From Ostreococcus lucimarinus (lineage: Eukaryota), in assembly GCA_000092065.1 (NCBI GenBank), contig CP000595.1: a DNA stretch of 64,000 nt. One strand, given 5' to 3'. Each line of letters starts with the position of its first letter. Position 1 is the stretch's first letter. Positions 9,591 through 18,615 of this stretch are shown piece after piece. Under the pieces are notes generated by a model. The model did no database searches and was not told where the DNA came from. It saw nothing but the letters and a program-made list of their open reading frames with translations. The position numbers and the translations under genes were made by a program.

Positions 9591-10664
9591 ATGGTTGATA
9601 ACGGCGCGATAAAAACCATCGGCGACGTCGAGACGGTCGTCCTGAGCGCGCTGGAACTCATGGAAGATAAAGTCACGCGATCGTAGCGCGCGCTGGAGAA
9701 AAAACTGGAGGAATTAGAGCGGGAATGCGCGAGGAGACACGAGGAGTTGAAGCAGTTGTTGACGGGGAAGCGCGCGAACGACGCGACGGCGACGAAGAGC
9801 GCGAAGAGAACGTCGAGAGACGACGACGCGGTGGCGACGATAATATCGATGGATTTATCGCGACCGACGCCGGCGACGGCGGAGAAGCAGGCGACGCGTG
9901 AGGGGGTACGTGAGATGAACGCGCGCGCGCCGCAAAAGAAACTAAAGGCGAGCCCGTTGGCGACGGCGTCGATGAACGCGAGCCTGCAAAAGTCGGTGAA
10001 GAAGAAACCGTCCGCGGCGTCGCCGGAAAAATCGAAGCGGAGTAAGAATAGCGCGGATCTCTGCGCGCACATCACGGATTTGACCGCGGACGAACGGTTG
10101 CTCGTGGAGACGGGCAAGGGGCGGCGAGGCGAGCCCATGCCCACGCCTCTCGGCTGGGCGTATTGGACGGCGACGAGCCACGAGACGCTGCGCACGATCG
10201 GCAACAAAATTGGCCTCGAACCGTTGACGTTATACAGCATGAATCGTTGGCACCATAAGCTCAAGAATTACGACATCGATCAAGAGTTCACCGCGAACTC
10301 CAAGCTCAGTCTCCCGGTGCCGCCGTTTGAGGACTGGGAGACGGAGTACATCGCGGCCGACCGCACAAAGATTTTCACGCGCCTGCTCGACCGCATCGAC
10401 GAAGTCTGGCCCGAGGTTTTGAGAAACGCCGAACCTCTGCGTTCGCTGAAGAGGGAGCAGTTGAAAACGTACCCCGACTCGGGCACGTTGTATCGCCAGT
10501 TGCGCGAGACGTTGGACAACGCCGAAGCCGCCGCGAAAAAATTCAACGACGGCGACGAGACTCTCCGGGACGTCCAGCAGTGTCGAAAGCAGCTCGTAAC
10601 GCGTTGGCATCGCGACGGGTTCTTGCTCCCGGACGAGATCGCGTTCAAAGCCGACGACCAGTAG
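9591..10664 (+). CDS. Hypothetical protein with a coiled-coil N-terminal part and a LysM-like segment; the reading frame is interrupted by an in-frame TAG at 9684-9686
   Basis: The ATG at 9591 opens 31 codons (MVDNGAIKTIGDVETVVLSALELMEDKVTRS) that end at a TAG. The same frame then stays open to 10664. The first ATG after the TAG is at 9849. The segment YWTATSHETLRTIGNKIGLEPLTLYSMNRW...ANSKLSLPVP resembles a LysM pattern. The overlapping minus-strand ORF 9527..10264 looks like an artefact. Confidence 0.5.
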
Positions 10665-10743
10665 CCGGATGTAAACGCAACGAGCGAACGCGACGACGGT
10701 CGTCGCGCGACGCGACCCCCAACCGTCCCGCACACTCGGACGC

Positions 10744-12312
10744 ATGCTCGCCGCCGCCCTCCGCGCGTCGTCCCGCCGCGCGCGCGTCCCGTCAACGTCG
10801 ACGTCGACGTCGCTCGCGCGCGCGCTCTCGTCCGCGTCCGAGGCGTCGGACGCGAGAAAACCAAAGACGAATGCAGAAATCGCCGTGCTCGCCGTCGGTT
10901 TCGCCGGTCTCGCGCTCGGCGCGTACACCGCGGACGACGCCCTGCGCGCGCGCGGCGGCGAAGCGCGCGCGCGAGATCCCGCCGCGGACGCGTGCGCGCG
11001 GGACGACGCGAACGCGCGCGGGAGACGGTTGCGGCGGTGGGCGGAGACGCACGGCGCGACGTTCGCGAGGAGCGACGTTCGGGACGGCGGCGCGCGCGAG
11101 GGCGCGGGCGCGTTCCACAGGGAAAACGATGGCGAGAGCATCGCGCCGAGAGGATTGCGATTGCGAAAGCGCGAGAGGGCGCTGATGACGATACCGGACG
11201 CGGCGGTGGTGAACTGGAACACGGCGGCGGCGCACCCGACGCTCGGATCGACGTTCGAGTCGCTGTTGCGGCGAGGCGTCGTCGACGAAAGGTTGGCGGT
11301 GATGTGTTTCTTCATGATTGAGCGGAGACGCGGGGAGGAGAGCGCGTGGAAAGAGTACATAGACTCGTTGCCGCGCGCGTACGACGCGCCGCTGAGCTTT
11401 AGCGATGAAGAGTTGGAGAGGGAGTTGTCGGGGACGACGGTGTACGCGCCGGTGAAGGCGCAAAAGGCACACGTGAAGAAGATGTTTGAAGAGTGCGTGC
11501 GTCCGGCGATGCGAGAGTTGACGCAGGCGGATAACGCCGCGGGATCGTCGTTGCACATGCTGCCGGACGTGAGCGAGAAGGAGTTTGCGTGGGCGTTTCA
11601 GACGTTTTGGTCTCGCGCGCTGGCGATTCCGGTCGGCGCCGGCGGTTCTGTGACCGTCGATAGCGTGGTGCCGGGCGTGGACATGGTCAATCATGCGCCG
11701 CGCGCGCGTGCGAACGCGAGATGGGAACACGTGGAAGATTCATCGCGTCCGGATGGTGGTTACGTCGCGCTCGTGTCGGCGCCGCCGAATCGCACTATGA
11801 AAGATGGCGAAGAAATTTTCATCAATTACGGCGACAAGTCCAACGAGGAGCTGTTGTTCACCTACGGCTTCGCGTTGAAAGATAACGCCGTTGAAGAACG
11901 AATGGTATTCTTTCCGCCCTGGGCGGGCGACGCAGAGCATTCGGAAGACGTCACGCGCCGGATCGAACTCCTTCGTGCGAAGGGACTGCCGCAGCACGTC
12001 GTCTTGCCCACGACACCACCGAAGCGGGGCTTCAGAGACATGGATGCTACGGTCCAAGAAACGTTACGAATTTGGTGCGCAGACGTTAAAGATTTAGACT
12101 CTCGTCGCCGCGTCGACGACGCGACGCGACGAAAGATTCACAACGTCTTACGCGCGTCCATCGGCGCGCAATCGCACGCACTACGCGATGTCGAACGCGA
12201 GGTTGATCACTCCATCGCGAGCGCGAGAGAGATCGCGTGCGATGTCTACCGACGAGACATTCGCCGTTTGTACGACAATTACATCGAAGCCGCCGCGCGC
12301 TGGGAGTCGTGA
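10744..12312 (+). CDS. SET-domain protein-lysine methyltransferase of the Rubisco LSMT / SETD3-like family
   Basis: The ORF begins with a true ATG. The SET C-terminal block reads GEEIFINYGDKSNEELLFTYGFALKDN, and a helical region like the Rubisco-LSMT substrate-binding domain follows. The N-terminus has a presequence-like stretch and one hydrophobic helix (AEIAVLAVGFAGLALGAYTA). Confidence 0.75.
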   Translation: MLAAALRASSRRARVPSTSTSTSLARALSSASEASDARKPKTNAEIAVLAVGFAGLALGAYTADDALRARGGEARARDPAADACARDDANARGRRLRRWAETHGATFARSDVRDGGAREGAGAFHRENDGESIAPRGLRLRKRERALMTIPDAAVVNWNTAAAHPTLGSTFESLLRRGVVDERLAVMCFFMIERRRGEESAWKEYIDSLPRAYDAPLSFSDEELERELSGTTVYAPVKAQKAHVKKMFEECVRPAMRELTQADNAAGSSLHMLPDVSEKEFAWAFQTFWSRALAIPVGAGGSVTVDSVVPGVDMVNHAPRARANARWEHVEDSSRPDGGYVALVSAPPNRTMKDGEEIFINYGDKSNEELLFTYGFALKDNAVEERMVFFPPWAGDAEHSEDVTRRIELLRAKGLPQHVVLPTTPPKRGFRDMDATVQETLRIWCADVKDLDSRRRVDDATRRKIHNVLRASIGAQSHALRDVEREVDHSIASAREIACDVYRRDIRRLYDNYIEAAARWES

Positions 12313-12502
12313 ACGTCAGCTAGCAACTTGTATTATATACATCGTCGAGCAATCGACGAGCGAGACTAAATTTGATCGTAAATTTTATCGCGGTGGTATT
12401 AAAATAACTCTACACTGGCGGATTACCCCTTTAAATACGTTATGATCCACGCACTAAATATACGATATAGTGCTAAAGTACCCTAGAATATGATAAATTA
12501 TA

Positions 12503-12512
12503 AAACCCTAGG
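12503..12512 (+). promoter_or_regulatory. Telo-box-like motif AAACCCTAGG in the AT-rich island upstream of ALS
   Basis: I read the motif directly from the sequence, about 125 bp upstream of the ALS ATG at 12637. It lies inside the only AT-rich stretch between the SET gene and ALS (12313-12520). AAACCCTA is the plant telo-box core. Its function here is inferred. Confidence 0.3.
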
Positions 12513-12636
12513 AACAAAAACAGCCTGGCGAAAGCCCTGGCTGGCGACGCGACCGACGTCACTCGCGCGCGCACGCGTGCGGCGCGCGCCTCACTCGCAC
12601 GCGCATCGCACGCGACGCGACGCTCAGACGCCCACG

Positions 12637-14670
12637 ATGCGACGCACCGCCGTCGCGAGCGCGCCCGCGCGCGCCCCCGCGTCGCGCGCGGCGCCGCGGA
12701 CACACGCCGCCAATCGCAGCGCCGCGTCGACGAAATTCGCGCGCGCGCGCCGCGCGCCGCGCGCGGTTCGCCAGCCCGACGCGTCGGAGTACGTCGATCC
12801 GTCGCAGTTCACCGAACTCGAGCTGTCCACGGCGCAGATGACGGCGTACGCGAGCAAACGACCGAGAGGGCAGTTCGCGTCGAGGTTCGCGGACGACGAG
12901 CCGCGCAAGGGGTCGGACATCCTGGTCGAGGCGCTCGAGCGCGAGGGCGTGGACTGCGTGTTCGCGTACCCGGGAGGGGCGTCGATGGAGATTCATCAAA
13001 GCCTGACGAAGAGCGCGACGGGGATACGGAACGTGCTGTGCCGACACGAACAAGGGGAGGTTTTCGCGGCGGAGGGATACGCGAAGGCGACGGGTAAGGT
13101 GGGCGTGTGCATCGCGACCAGCGGACCGGGGGCGACGAATTTGGTCACGGGGTTGGCAGATGCGCTGTTGGACTCGGTGCCGATGGTGGCGATCACGGGA
13201 CAGGTGCCGCGACCGATGATCGGGACGGACGCGTTTCAAGAGACGCCCATCGTGGAGATCACGAGACAGATCACGAAGCACAACTATTTGGTGATGAACG
13301 TCGAGGAAATTCCGCGAATCGTGCGCGAAGCGTTCTTTTTGGCCGCTTCAGGACGTCCGGGCCCGGTTTTGATCGATATTCCAAAGGATGTGCAGCAGCA
13401 GTTGGCGGTTCCGTATTGGGAGCCCAAGGTTTCGCTCAACGGTTACTTGAGCCGTCTGCCCGCGCCGCCGACGTCGCCGCAGCTCCAACAAGTTTTGGAT
13501 TTGATTAAGGACTCAAAGCGTCCGGTGGTGTACGCCGGCGGTGGATGCTTGGACGCCGACTTAGAGCTGGTTGAATTCTGCCGCGCGACGGGGATTCCCG
13601 TGACGAACACGCTCATGGGTCTCGGTACGTTCCCGCAGAGCGACGATTTGAGCCTGAGCATGCTTGGCATGCACGGTGCGGTGTATGCCAACTATGCGAT
13701 CGACAGCGCTGATTTGTTGCTCGCTTTTGGCGTGCGATTCGACGATCGTGTGACCGGTAAGTTGGCGGAATTCGCCAAGCGCGCCGCCATTGTGCACATC
13801 GACATTGATCCGGCGGAGCTCGGTAAGAACAAGAAGCCGTTCTGCTCCATCTTTAGCAACATCAAGCCCGCGTTGAAGACTTTGAACAAGTTGATCGCGC
13901 TCGAGAAGGATATGCCCGATTTCTCGGAGTGGCGCGCGGCTATTGACGTGCAGCGCAAAAAGTTCCCGTTTCCGATTCCCGAGCAAGTCGGCGACGTCAT
14001 CGCTCCGCAGGCGGCGATCGAGCTGTTGTGCAAGATGACCGAAGGTAAGGCGATCATCTCCACTGGTGTCGGTCAGCACCAAATGTGGGCGGCTCAGCAC
14101 TACAAGTTTGACGAGCCTCGCAACTGGCTCACGTCTGGTGGTTTGGGTTCGATGGGCTTCGGCTTGCCCGCCGCCATCGGCGCCGCCGCGGCGCGTCCTG
14201 GCGATCTGGTCGTCGACATCGACGGCGATGGCTCGTTCGTCATGAATATTCAAGAACTCGCGACCTTGCACGCGGAAAACTTGCCGGTGAAGTGCTTCAT
14301 CTTGAACAACCAGTACCTCGGCATGGTCGTGCAGTGGGAGGATCGATTTTACAAGGCGAATCGCGGTCACACGTACCTCGGCTCCCCGAATGACGATTTC
14401 CAAGTCTCCAAGGAAGAGGCGCACATTTTCCCCGATTTTGTCACCATCTCACAGGGCTTCCGCGTCCCCGCCGAACGCGTGATGCGCATGAGCGATCTCG
14501 AAGGCGCGATCAAGCGCATGATTGAAGCCGACGGTCCGTACTTGCTCGACGTCATGGTGCCGCACGTCGAGCACGTGTTGCCCATGGTCCCCGGCGGCGG
14601 TACGTTCGCCGACACCATCACCACGGGTGACGGGAGAAGCCCGGAAGAGAAGGACATGAAAACCTTGTAA
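12637..14670 (+). CDS. ALS: Acetolactate synthase (acetohydroxyacid synthase) catalytic subunit, plastid-targeted type
   Basis: The ORF shows full-length ThDP-enzyme collinearity. Diagnostic blocks include [96 protein letters not shown] and [20 protein letters not shown]...[19 protein letters not shown]. The ATG at 12637 gives an Ala/Arg/Ser-rich transit peptide. The track start at 12490 lies in the AT-rich promoter. Confidence 0.95.
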   Translation: MRRTAVASAPARAPASRAAPRTHAANRSAASTKFARARRAPRAVRQPDASEYVDPSQFTELELSTAQMTAYASKRPRGQFASRFADDEPRKGSDILVEALEREGVDCVFAYPGGASMEIHQSLTKSATGIRNVLCRHEQGEVFAAEGYAKATGKVGVCIATSGPGATNLVTGLADALLDSVPMVAITGQVPRPMIGTDAFQETPIVEITRQITKHNYLVMNVEEIPRIVREAFFLAASGRPGPVLIDIPKDVQQQLAVPYWEPKVSLNGYLSRLPAPPTSPQLQQVLDLIKDSKRPVVYAGGGCLDADLELVEFCRATGIPVTNTLMGLGTFPQSDDLSLSMLGMHGAVYANYAIDSADLLLAFGVRFDDRVTGKLAEFAKRAAIVHIDIDPAELGKNKKPFCSIFSNIKPALKTLNKLIALEKDMPDFSEWRAAIDVQRKKFPFPIPEQVGDVIAPQAAIELLCKMTEGKAIISTGVGQHQMWAAQHYKFDEPRNWLTSGGLGSMGFGLPAAIGAAAARPGDLVVDIDGDGSFVMNIQELATLHAENLPVKCFILNNQYLGMVVQWEDRFYKANRGHTYLGSPNDDFQVSKEEAHIFPDFVTISQGFRVPAERVMRMSDLEGAIKRMIEADGPYLLDVMVPHVEHVLPMVPGGGTFADTITTGDGRSPEEKDMKTL

Positions 14671-14804
14671 GATGTTTATGTTACGACGTATTAGCAACGG
14701 GCGCAAATATTTTAATGGATGGCTAAATTCTCAACAACAAAATTCTGAACAACGCGCGAAAACTTAACCAAAGAAGACAACTAAAGATTCATCAAACACA
14801 AACA

Positions 14805-16073
14805 TCAAGGAGCGGTTTCTTCTCCTCGCTCGATCACCTCCTCGTCGACCACCTTCCGCTTCGCCGCCTCGGCCGCCGCGTACCGACCCGTCATCCACGA
14901 CAGGACGCCGTTCCAGGCGATGCCGATGGCGTTCATCCACGGAATGGTCAAATGCTTCGGTACTACGGCAAAGTTGATCGCCTGCGCGGGCACCCACACC
15001 AACCAAAGCGCAGTCATCGTTTCCGGCCCAGTTTGTTTCCACTTGGCGAATATTTCGCTCGGAAGATCTAACAGACGCGTCCCGCCTTCGCTCACGACGC
15101 GAATGCCGAGAAACGTGGGCAGGTAGAGAAACGGCTGCACGAAGGCTTGGTCGATGGCGACGACGGCGCCCGTGGAGAGCGCCAAGCCGTATTTTGGCCG
15201 CCAAACATCATTCAACGGTTTCAACCAATGATTATACAAACGATATTGAAACGCCCCCACGTACGTTACGCCGAGGACGAAGAAGGACGCCACGCGATTC
15301 CAATCCAACTCAAAGAAACTCTTCTCCTCCAGCACCATCTGGACGAAAATATCCGAGCTCACGCACTTGGTGACGGACGAAAACATCGCCGTCGAGAACG
15401 GATGCCGCACCACCGTGCGCACGTACGCGGCAACGACGCGCGCCCAGTAATACTCGCGCACCTTTTCGTGCGTCAACGCCGCGAATCGACTCGCCCCCGC
15501 GTGTCGCAGCGACCCAAACGGATCGATGACGTCCCTCGCCTTCGCCTTCGCTCTCGCCTCCGCCGCATCGATCGCGCCTTGCCTCAACCACACCGGCTGA
15601 AACGGCCTCGCCAGCGTCTTCCCGAGCTGCGTCTTAAACTCCGGATGCGTCAACACGTCCAACCACGACCCTCCGGCGTGTCGCAGCGCCGCGCTCGGCG
15701 TCACCGGCGCCTCTCGCCGCCACCGCTTCAGCGTCGCCCACGCCCGTCGCGCCGCCCGTCCCGGCGCCCGAGGAAACCGCGTTCCTATCTTCGCGCCCGC
15801 CACGAACGCGCTCGCGATCTCGTCTCGCGCCTCGCGCTGTTTAAACACCTCGTACCACGTCGCGCCCGCGTGTCGAAGCGCGTCCACCCTCGACACCCCG
15901 CGCGGCGCCTCCTCCCGCGCCGTCCCGCCCTCTCGCGCGCGCGCCTGTCGTCGACACGCGCCGAGGGGTTTTTGCCGCGCGTACGACCGCGCGTGTCGCG
16001 CCACGGCGCCCGTCGCGCTCCCGCGGCGTCGCATTTCTCGTCGAATCGCGCGTCCCGTCGCGGCGACCCACAT
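14805..16073 (-). CDS. Mpv17/PMP22-family membrane protein with a long N-terminal extension carrying three LRHAG repeats
   Basis: The C-terminal 180 aa match the Mpv17/PMP22 pattern: FVLGVTYVGAFQYRLYNHWL...VVAIDQAFVQPFLYLPTFLG...LWLVWVPAQAINFAVVPKHLTIPWMNAIGIAWNGVLSWM. The track start at 16115 is GTG, and the first ATG is at 16073. Confidence 0.75.
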   Translation of the reverse strand: MWVAATGRAIRREMRRRGSATGAVARHARSYARQKPLGACRRQARAREGGTAREEAPRGVSRVDALRHAGATWYEVFKQREARDEIASAFVAGAKIGTRFPRAPGRAARRAWATLKRWRREAPVTPSAALRHAGGSWLDVLTHPEFKTQLGKTLARPFQPVWLRQGAIDAAEARAKAKARDVIDPFGSLRHAGASRFAALTHEKVREYYWARVVAAYVRTVVRHPFSTAMFSSVTKCVSSDIFVQMVLEEKSFFELDWNRVASFFVLGVTYVGAFQYRLYNHWLKPLNDVWRPKYGLALSTGAVVAIDQAFVQPFLYLPTFLGIRVVSEGGTRLLDLPSEIFAKWKQTGPETMTALWLVWVPAQAINFAVVPKHLTIPWMNAIGIAWNGVLSWMTGRYAAAEAAKRKVVDEEVIERGEETAP

Positions 16074-16241
16074 CGCCGCGCGTCGCGTCTCGGTCGCGCG
16101 CGCGTCGACGCTCACCGCGCGCGCGCGTCTCGCATCGTCGTCGCGCCTCGGTCGCGTCGGGATGTGCGCGCAACGATTCGTGGGTGTTACAGTGTAGTCG
16201 TACTTTGGAGGAGCGAGAAAATTCGAAAGACGCGCGCGGAC

Positions 16242-18338
16242 TCAAGCGGCGACGCACGTGCGACCGGTGAACCAATTCCTCTCCGTTTTGACCGCGCCGC
16301 TTATTTCGGACGCCACCGCGCCGCCTTCCGCCCAGCCGCCGGTTTTAGAGACTTGGAGCGCTTTGAAGCGTCCCATGTTCGCGCCTTCGACGCCGAAAGC
16401 CGCGGGGAGATTACCGGTGAAATCGGCGGCGCGAGTGGGCTCGCCGTGCGTTTTCAAGGAGTGACCGATCCATAACGATGTGTCGCCGGTTCGCCTGACG
16501 CGAAGGGTGAAGGTGACGTTGCGCCAAGCGTATCGTCCGTACGGCGATCCAGCGCTACCGAGCCACGAGTTGGCGTTCATCCACTGCCCGTTCGCGCTTC
16601 TGTAGCCAACTTGTGTTCTGAACCCCGCATTAGCGACGAGATCCGCCGCTTCGGGGCTACTGCTGTCTTCCACGACGATGGAAATATACACCGTTTTACC
16701 GTAGGCCGTGCAACAGCTACCGGCGCCATCCCCATTCACACGGTCGAAGGTGCAGTATCTGCCCGCCGAATATCTGTCGAGTTGACATCTATCGTCCATA
16801 GTGGCGCCTATCCAAGCCTCGTTCCAATCATTGGCGTCGTCCAATGCAGGGTGAAAGACATCCTCCGCGGCGGCGGTGCCGGTGACTCCATACCCGTGTC
16901 CAAAATAGATCATGGGGTAGCCATTTTCAAATACTGGTTGCGAGTACCTCGACAGCGCGTCCTCTGACGTGTCGAACTCATCAAAGTCACTCGGCTGCAC
17001 GTTCACCAGACGTTTCGAGCCCCCAGACCGAAATCCACTCGGGCACGCGGCGAGACACTCGCCATTGTGAAGGAATTTCCTGTTGGTACACTCAGTACAC
17101 TGACCGTTCAGACACTTGTTGCAGTTAGTTGGGCACTGCGTGCACCGTCGCGTCGTTGGAGTCGACCCACTACCGCCGTAACCCGGCGGACACGCGAGAG
17201 AACACGTGCCACCCAGATACCAAGAGCCTTCAGGGCACCAAAACTCGGGAATCGGGCACGAAGCAGCGCACCCACCGAAGACGTACGAAATGTCTTTCGC
17301 GTTGCGTTCGAGCGTCACGATTCTGTTCCAGAACGCGCCGAACTGTTGGGTATCGTGACATTTTCTTTCAAAAAGTGGAGCGCCGTTACCGCCGATTTCG
17401 TACAGCGCCTTTCCATTTTCACTCTTCACAACGAATCCAAACTCATAGTTGAGACCCCTCGTAGTGACTTCGAAGATGCCATCTGAAGTCGGGCAGACGA
17501 GTCCCAGCTTCGTAGAAACACATTTCAAGAAATTCACGGCGCCGTTGATCATCTCTTCACCTTCGTGAAGTTCAAAGAATCCGTGGTTCGGATCGTTATC
17601 GTGCATATTGTGGTGAACGACGTACGCGTGCGTCAGCGTCTCGTCGGGGCCAAAAATTTCGGGCCACTTGTTCCTGATTTTGGCGTCGATGCAGCTCGTG
17701 TGCAGCGTGAACCTCCGCTCCTCGCGTCTCTCGCGTCTGCTCGGCAATCTCGCGACCGAATAGTCCCACTTCCCGAGGCGACCGACCCCGGGCGAACGGT
17801 ACGCGCTCCGATTCACTGGATTCAACGCGGCGGTTTCCTCGCTCCGCGCGACGCGGCGCGGCGCGAGACGGTACGTCCCCAGAGACGTCGGCCCCGGCTC
17901 GACGACGTTTTCTCGCCCCAACGCCGCCGAGCTCGCGGACGCCGGATCTGCTTCCAACGCATCCGGGCAGTGATGTTGTATCGCCTCCACCACGCGCGTG
18001 TCCCCCGGCCCGCACGCCGGTTCCGTGAACACGCACTGCTGTTCCTCCGTCGTCTGAATCGCCGCGCAATCCATCGGCTCCGCCTCGAGCGCGCTCACGA
18101 GCGTCGGCGTGGCGTTCCGACACGCCTCCAGGCACGCCACGGGAACGTCCGTGAACGCCCCGAGCGCGGCGCGCCCCGTCGCGCCGTCGCCGCCGACCAG
18201 CGCGAGCGCCGCGACGCCGAACGCGACGCCAACACCCATCGCGAGCCACAGCTTCGACTTCGCGCCGCCGCGCGCGCGCGCGCCGTCGCCGTCGAGCAAC
18301 CGCGCGCGCTCGGCGTCGCGCATCGCGCCTCGATCCAT
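16242..18338 (-). CDS. Hypothetical type II (N-terminal signal-anchor) membrane protein with a furin-like / growth-factor-receptor-type Cys-rich repeat
   Basis: The ORF begins with a true ATG at 18338. It has a single N-terminal TM helix (LWLAMGVGVAFGVAALALVGG). The Cys-rich block reads CPEGSWYLGGTCSLACPPGYGG...CTQCPTNCNKCLNGQCTECTNRKFLHNGECLAACPSGF. The amino-acid composition is ordinary throughout. Confidence 0.6.
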   Translation of the reverse strand: MDRGAMRDAERARLLDGDGARARGGAKSKLWLAMGVGVAFGVAALALVGGDGATGRAALGAFTDVPVACLEACRNATPTLVSALEAEPMDCAAIQTTEEQQCVFTEPACGPGDTRVVEAIQHHCPDALEADPASASSAALGRENVVEPGPTSLGTYRLAPRRVARSEETAALNPVNRSAYRSPGVGRLGKWDYSVARLPSRRERREERRFTLHTSCIDAKIRNKWPEIFGPDETLTHAYVVHHNMHDNDPNHGFFELHEGEEMINGAVNFLKCVSTKLGLVCPTSDGIFEVTTRGLNYEFGFVVKSENGKALYEIGGNGAPLFERKCHDTQQFGAFWNRIVTLERNAKDISYVFGGCAASCPIPEFWCPEGSWYLGGTCSLACPPGYGGSGSTPTTRRCTQCPTNCNKCLNGQCTECTNRKFLHNGECLAACPSGFRSGGSKRLVNVQPSDFDEFDTSEDALSRYSQPVFENGYPMIYFGHGYGVTGTAAAEDVFHPALDDANDWNEAWIGATMDDRCQLDRYSAGRYCTFDRVNGDGAGSCCTAYGKTVYISIVVEDSSSPEAADLVANAGFRTQVGYRSANGQWMNANSWLGSAGSPYGRYAWRNVTFTLRVRRTGDTSLWIGHSLKTHGEPTRAADFTGNLPAAFGVEGANMGRFKALQVSKTGGWAEGGAVASEISGAVKTERNWFTGRTCVAA

Positions 18339-18402
18339 CGCGCGCGCGCTCGAACGCGCCGCGCGCGTCGCAGTCGCGTCGCCGCGCGCGCGAAGGATGG
18401 CA

Positions 18403-18533
18403 CGATCGATCGACGCGCGTCGACCCTCGCGCCGTCGATCGATCGACGCGCGTCGACCCTCGCGCCGTCGATCGATCGCGCGCGTCGACCCTCGCGCCGT
18501 CGATCGACCGATCGATCGATCGACCGATCGACG
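18403..18533. repeat. Tandem repeat of three 33/33/32-nt units (cgatcgatcgacgcgcgtcgaccctcgcgccgt) followed by a degenerate (cgatcgac/cgatcgat) tail
   Basis: I counted the units directly: 18403-18435, 18436-18468 and 18469-18500 (one base shorter), then the tail to 18533. The array lies in the 277-bp divergent promoter between the ATG at 18338 (minus strand) and the ATG at 18616 (plus strand). Confidence 0.9.
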
Positions 18534-18538
18534 AAAAA

Positions 18539-18548
18539 GCGCGGGAAA
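18539..18548 (-). promoter_or_regulatory. E2F-like site TTTCCCGCGC (matches TTTSSCGC) about 70 bp upstream of the RBR start codon
   Basis: The plus strand reads aaaaaGCGCGGGAAAag. The match to the E2F consensus is exact. CG-rich background makes chance matches common, so confidence is low. Confidence 0.3.
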
Positions 18549-18615
18549 AGGCGATTGCGAATCGACGCGACATTCGCGCGCTCCGGGACGCGGCGCGCGC
18601 GCGTCGACGACGGTG

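Noticed and set aside
10230-11558. A 442-aa minus-strand ORF, and the 312-aa ORF 10792..11730
   Set aside because: They are antisense or off-frame to the 9591..10664 gene and to the SET-domain gene, and they contain no motifs.
15147-16475. A 442-aa plus-strand ORF
   Set aside because: It is antisense to the Mpv17-family gene, and it crosses an intergenic region using a non-ATG start.
18109-18615. The N-terminal 169 codons of the track's 1171-aa RBR ORF
   Set aside because: The track start is not an ATG. The segment overlaps the divergent neighbour's coding start and reads through the tandem repeat. The first ATG, at 18616, gives a sensible RBR N-terminus.
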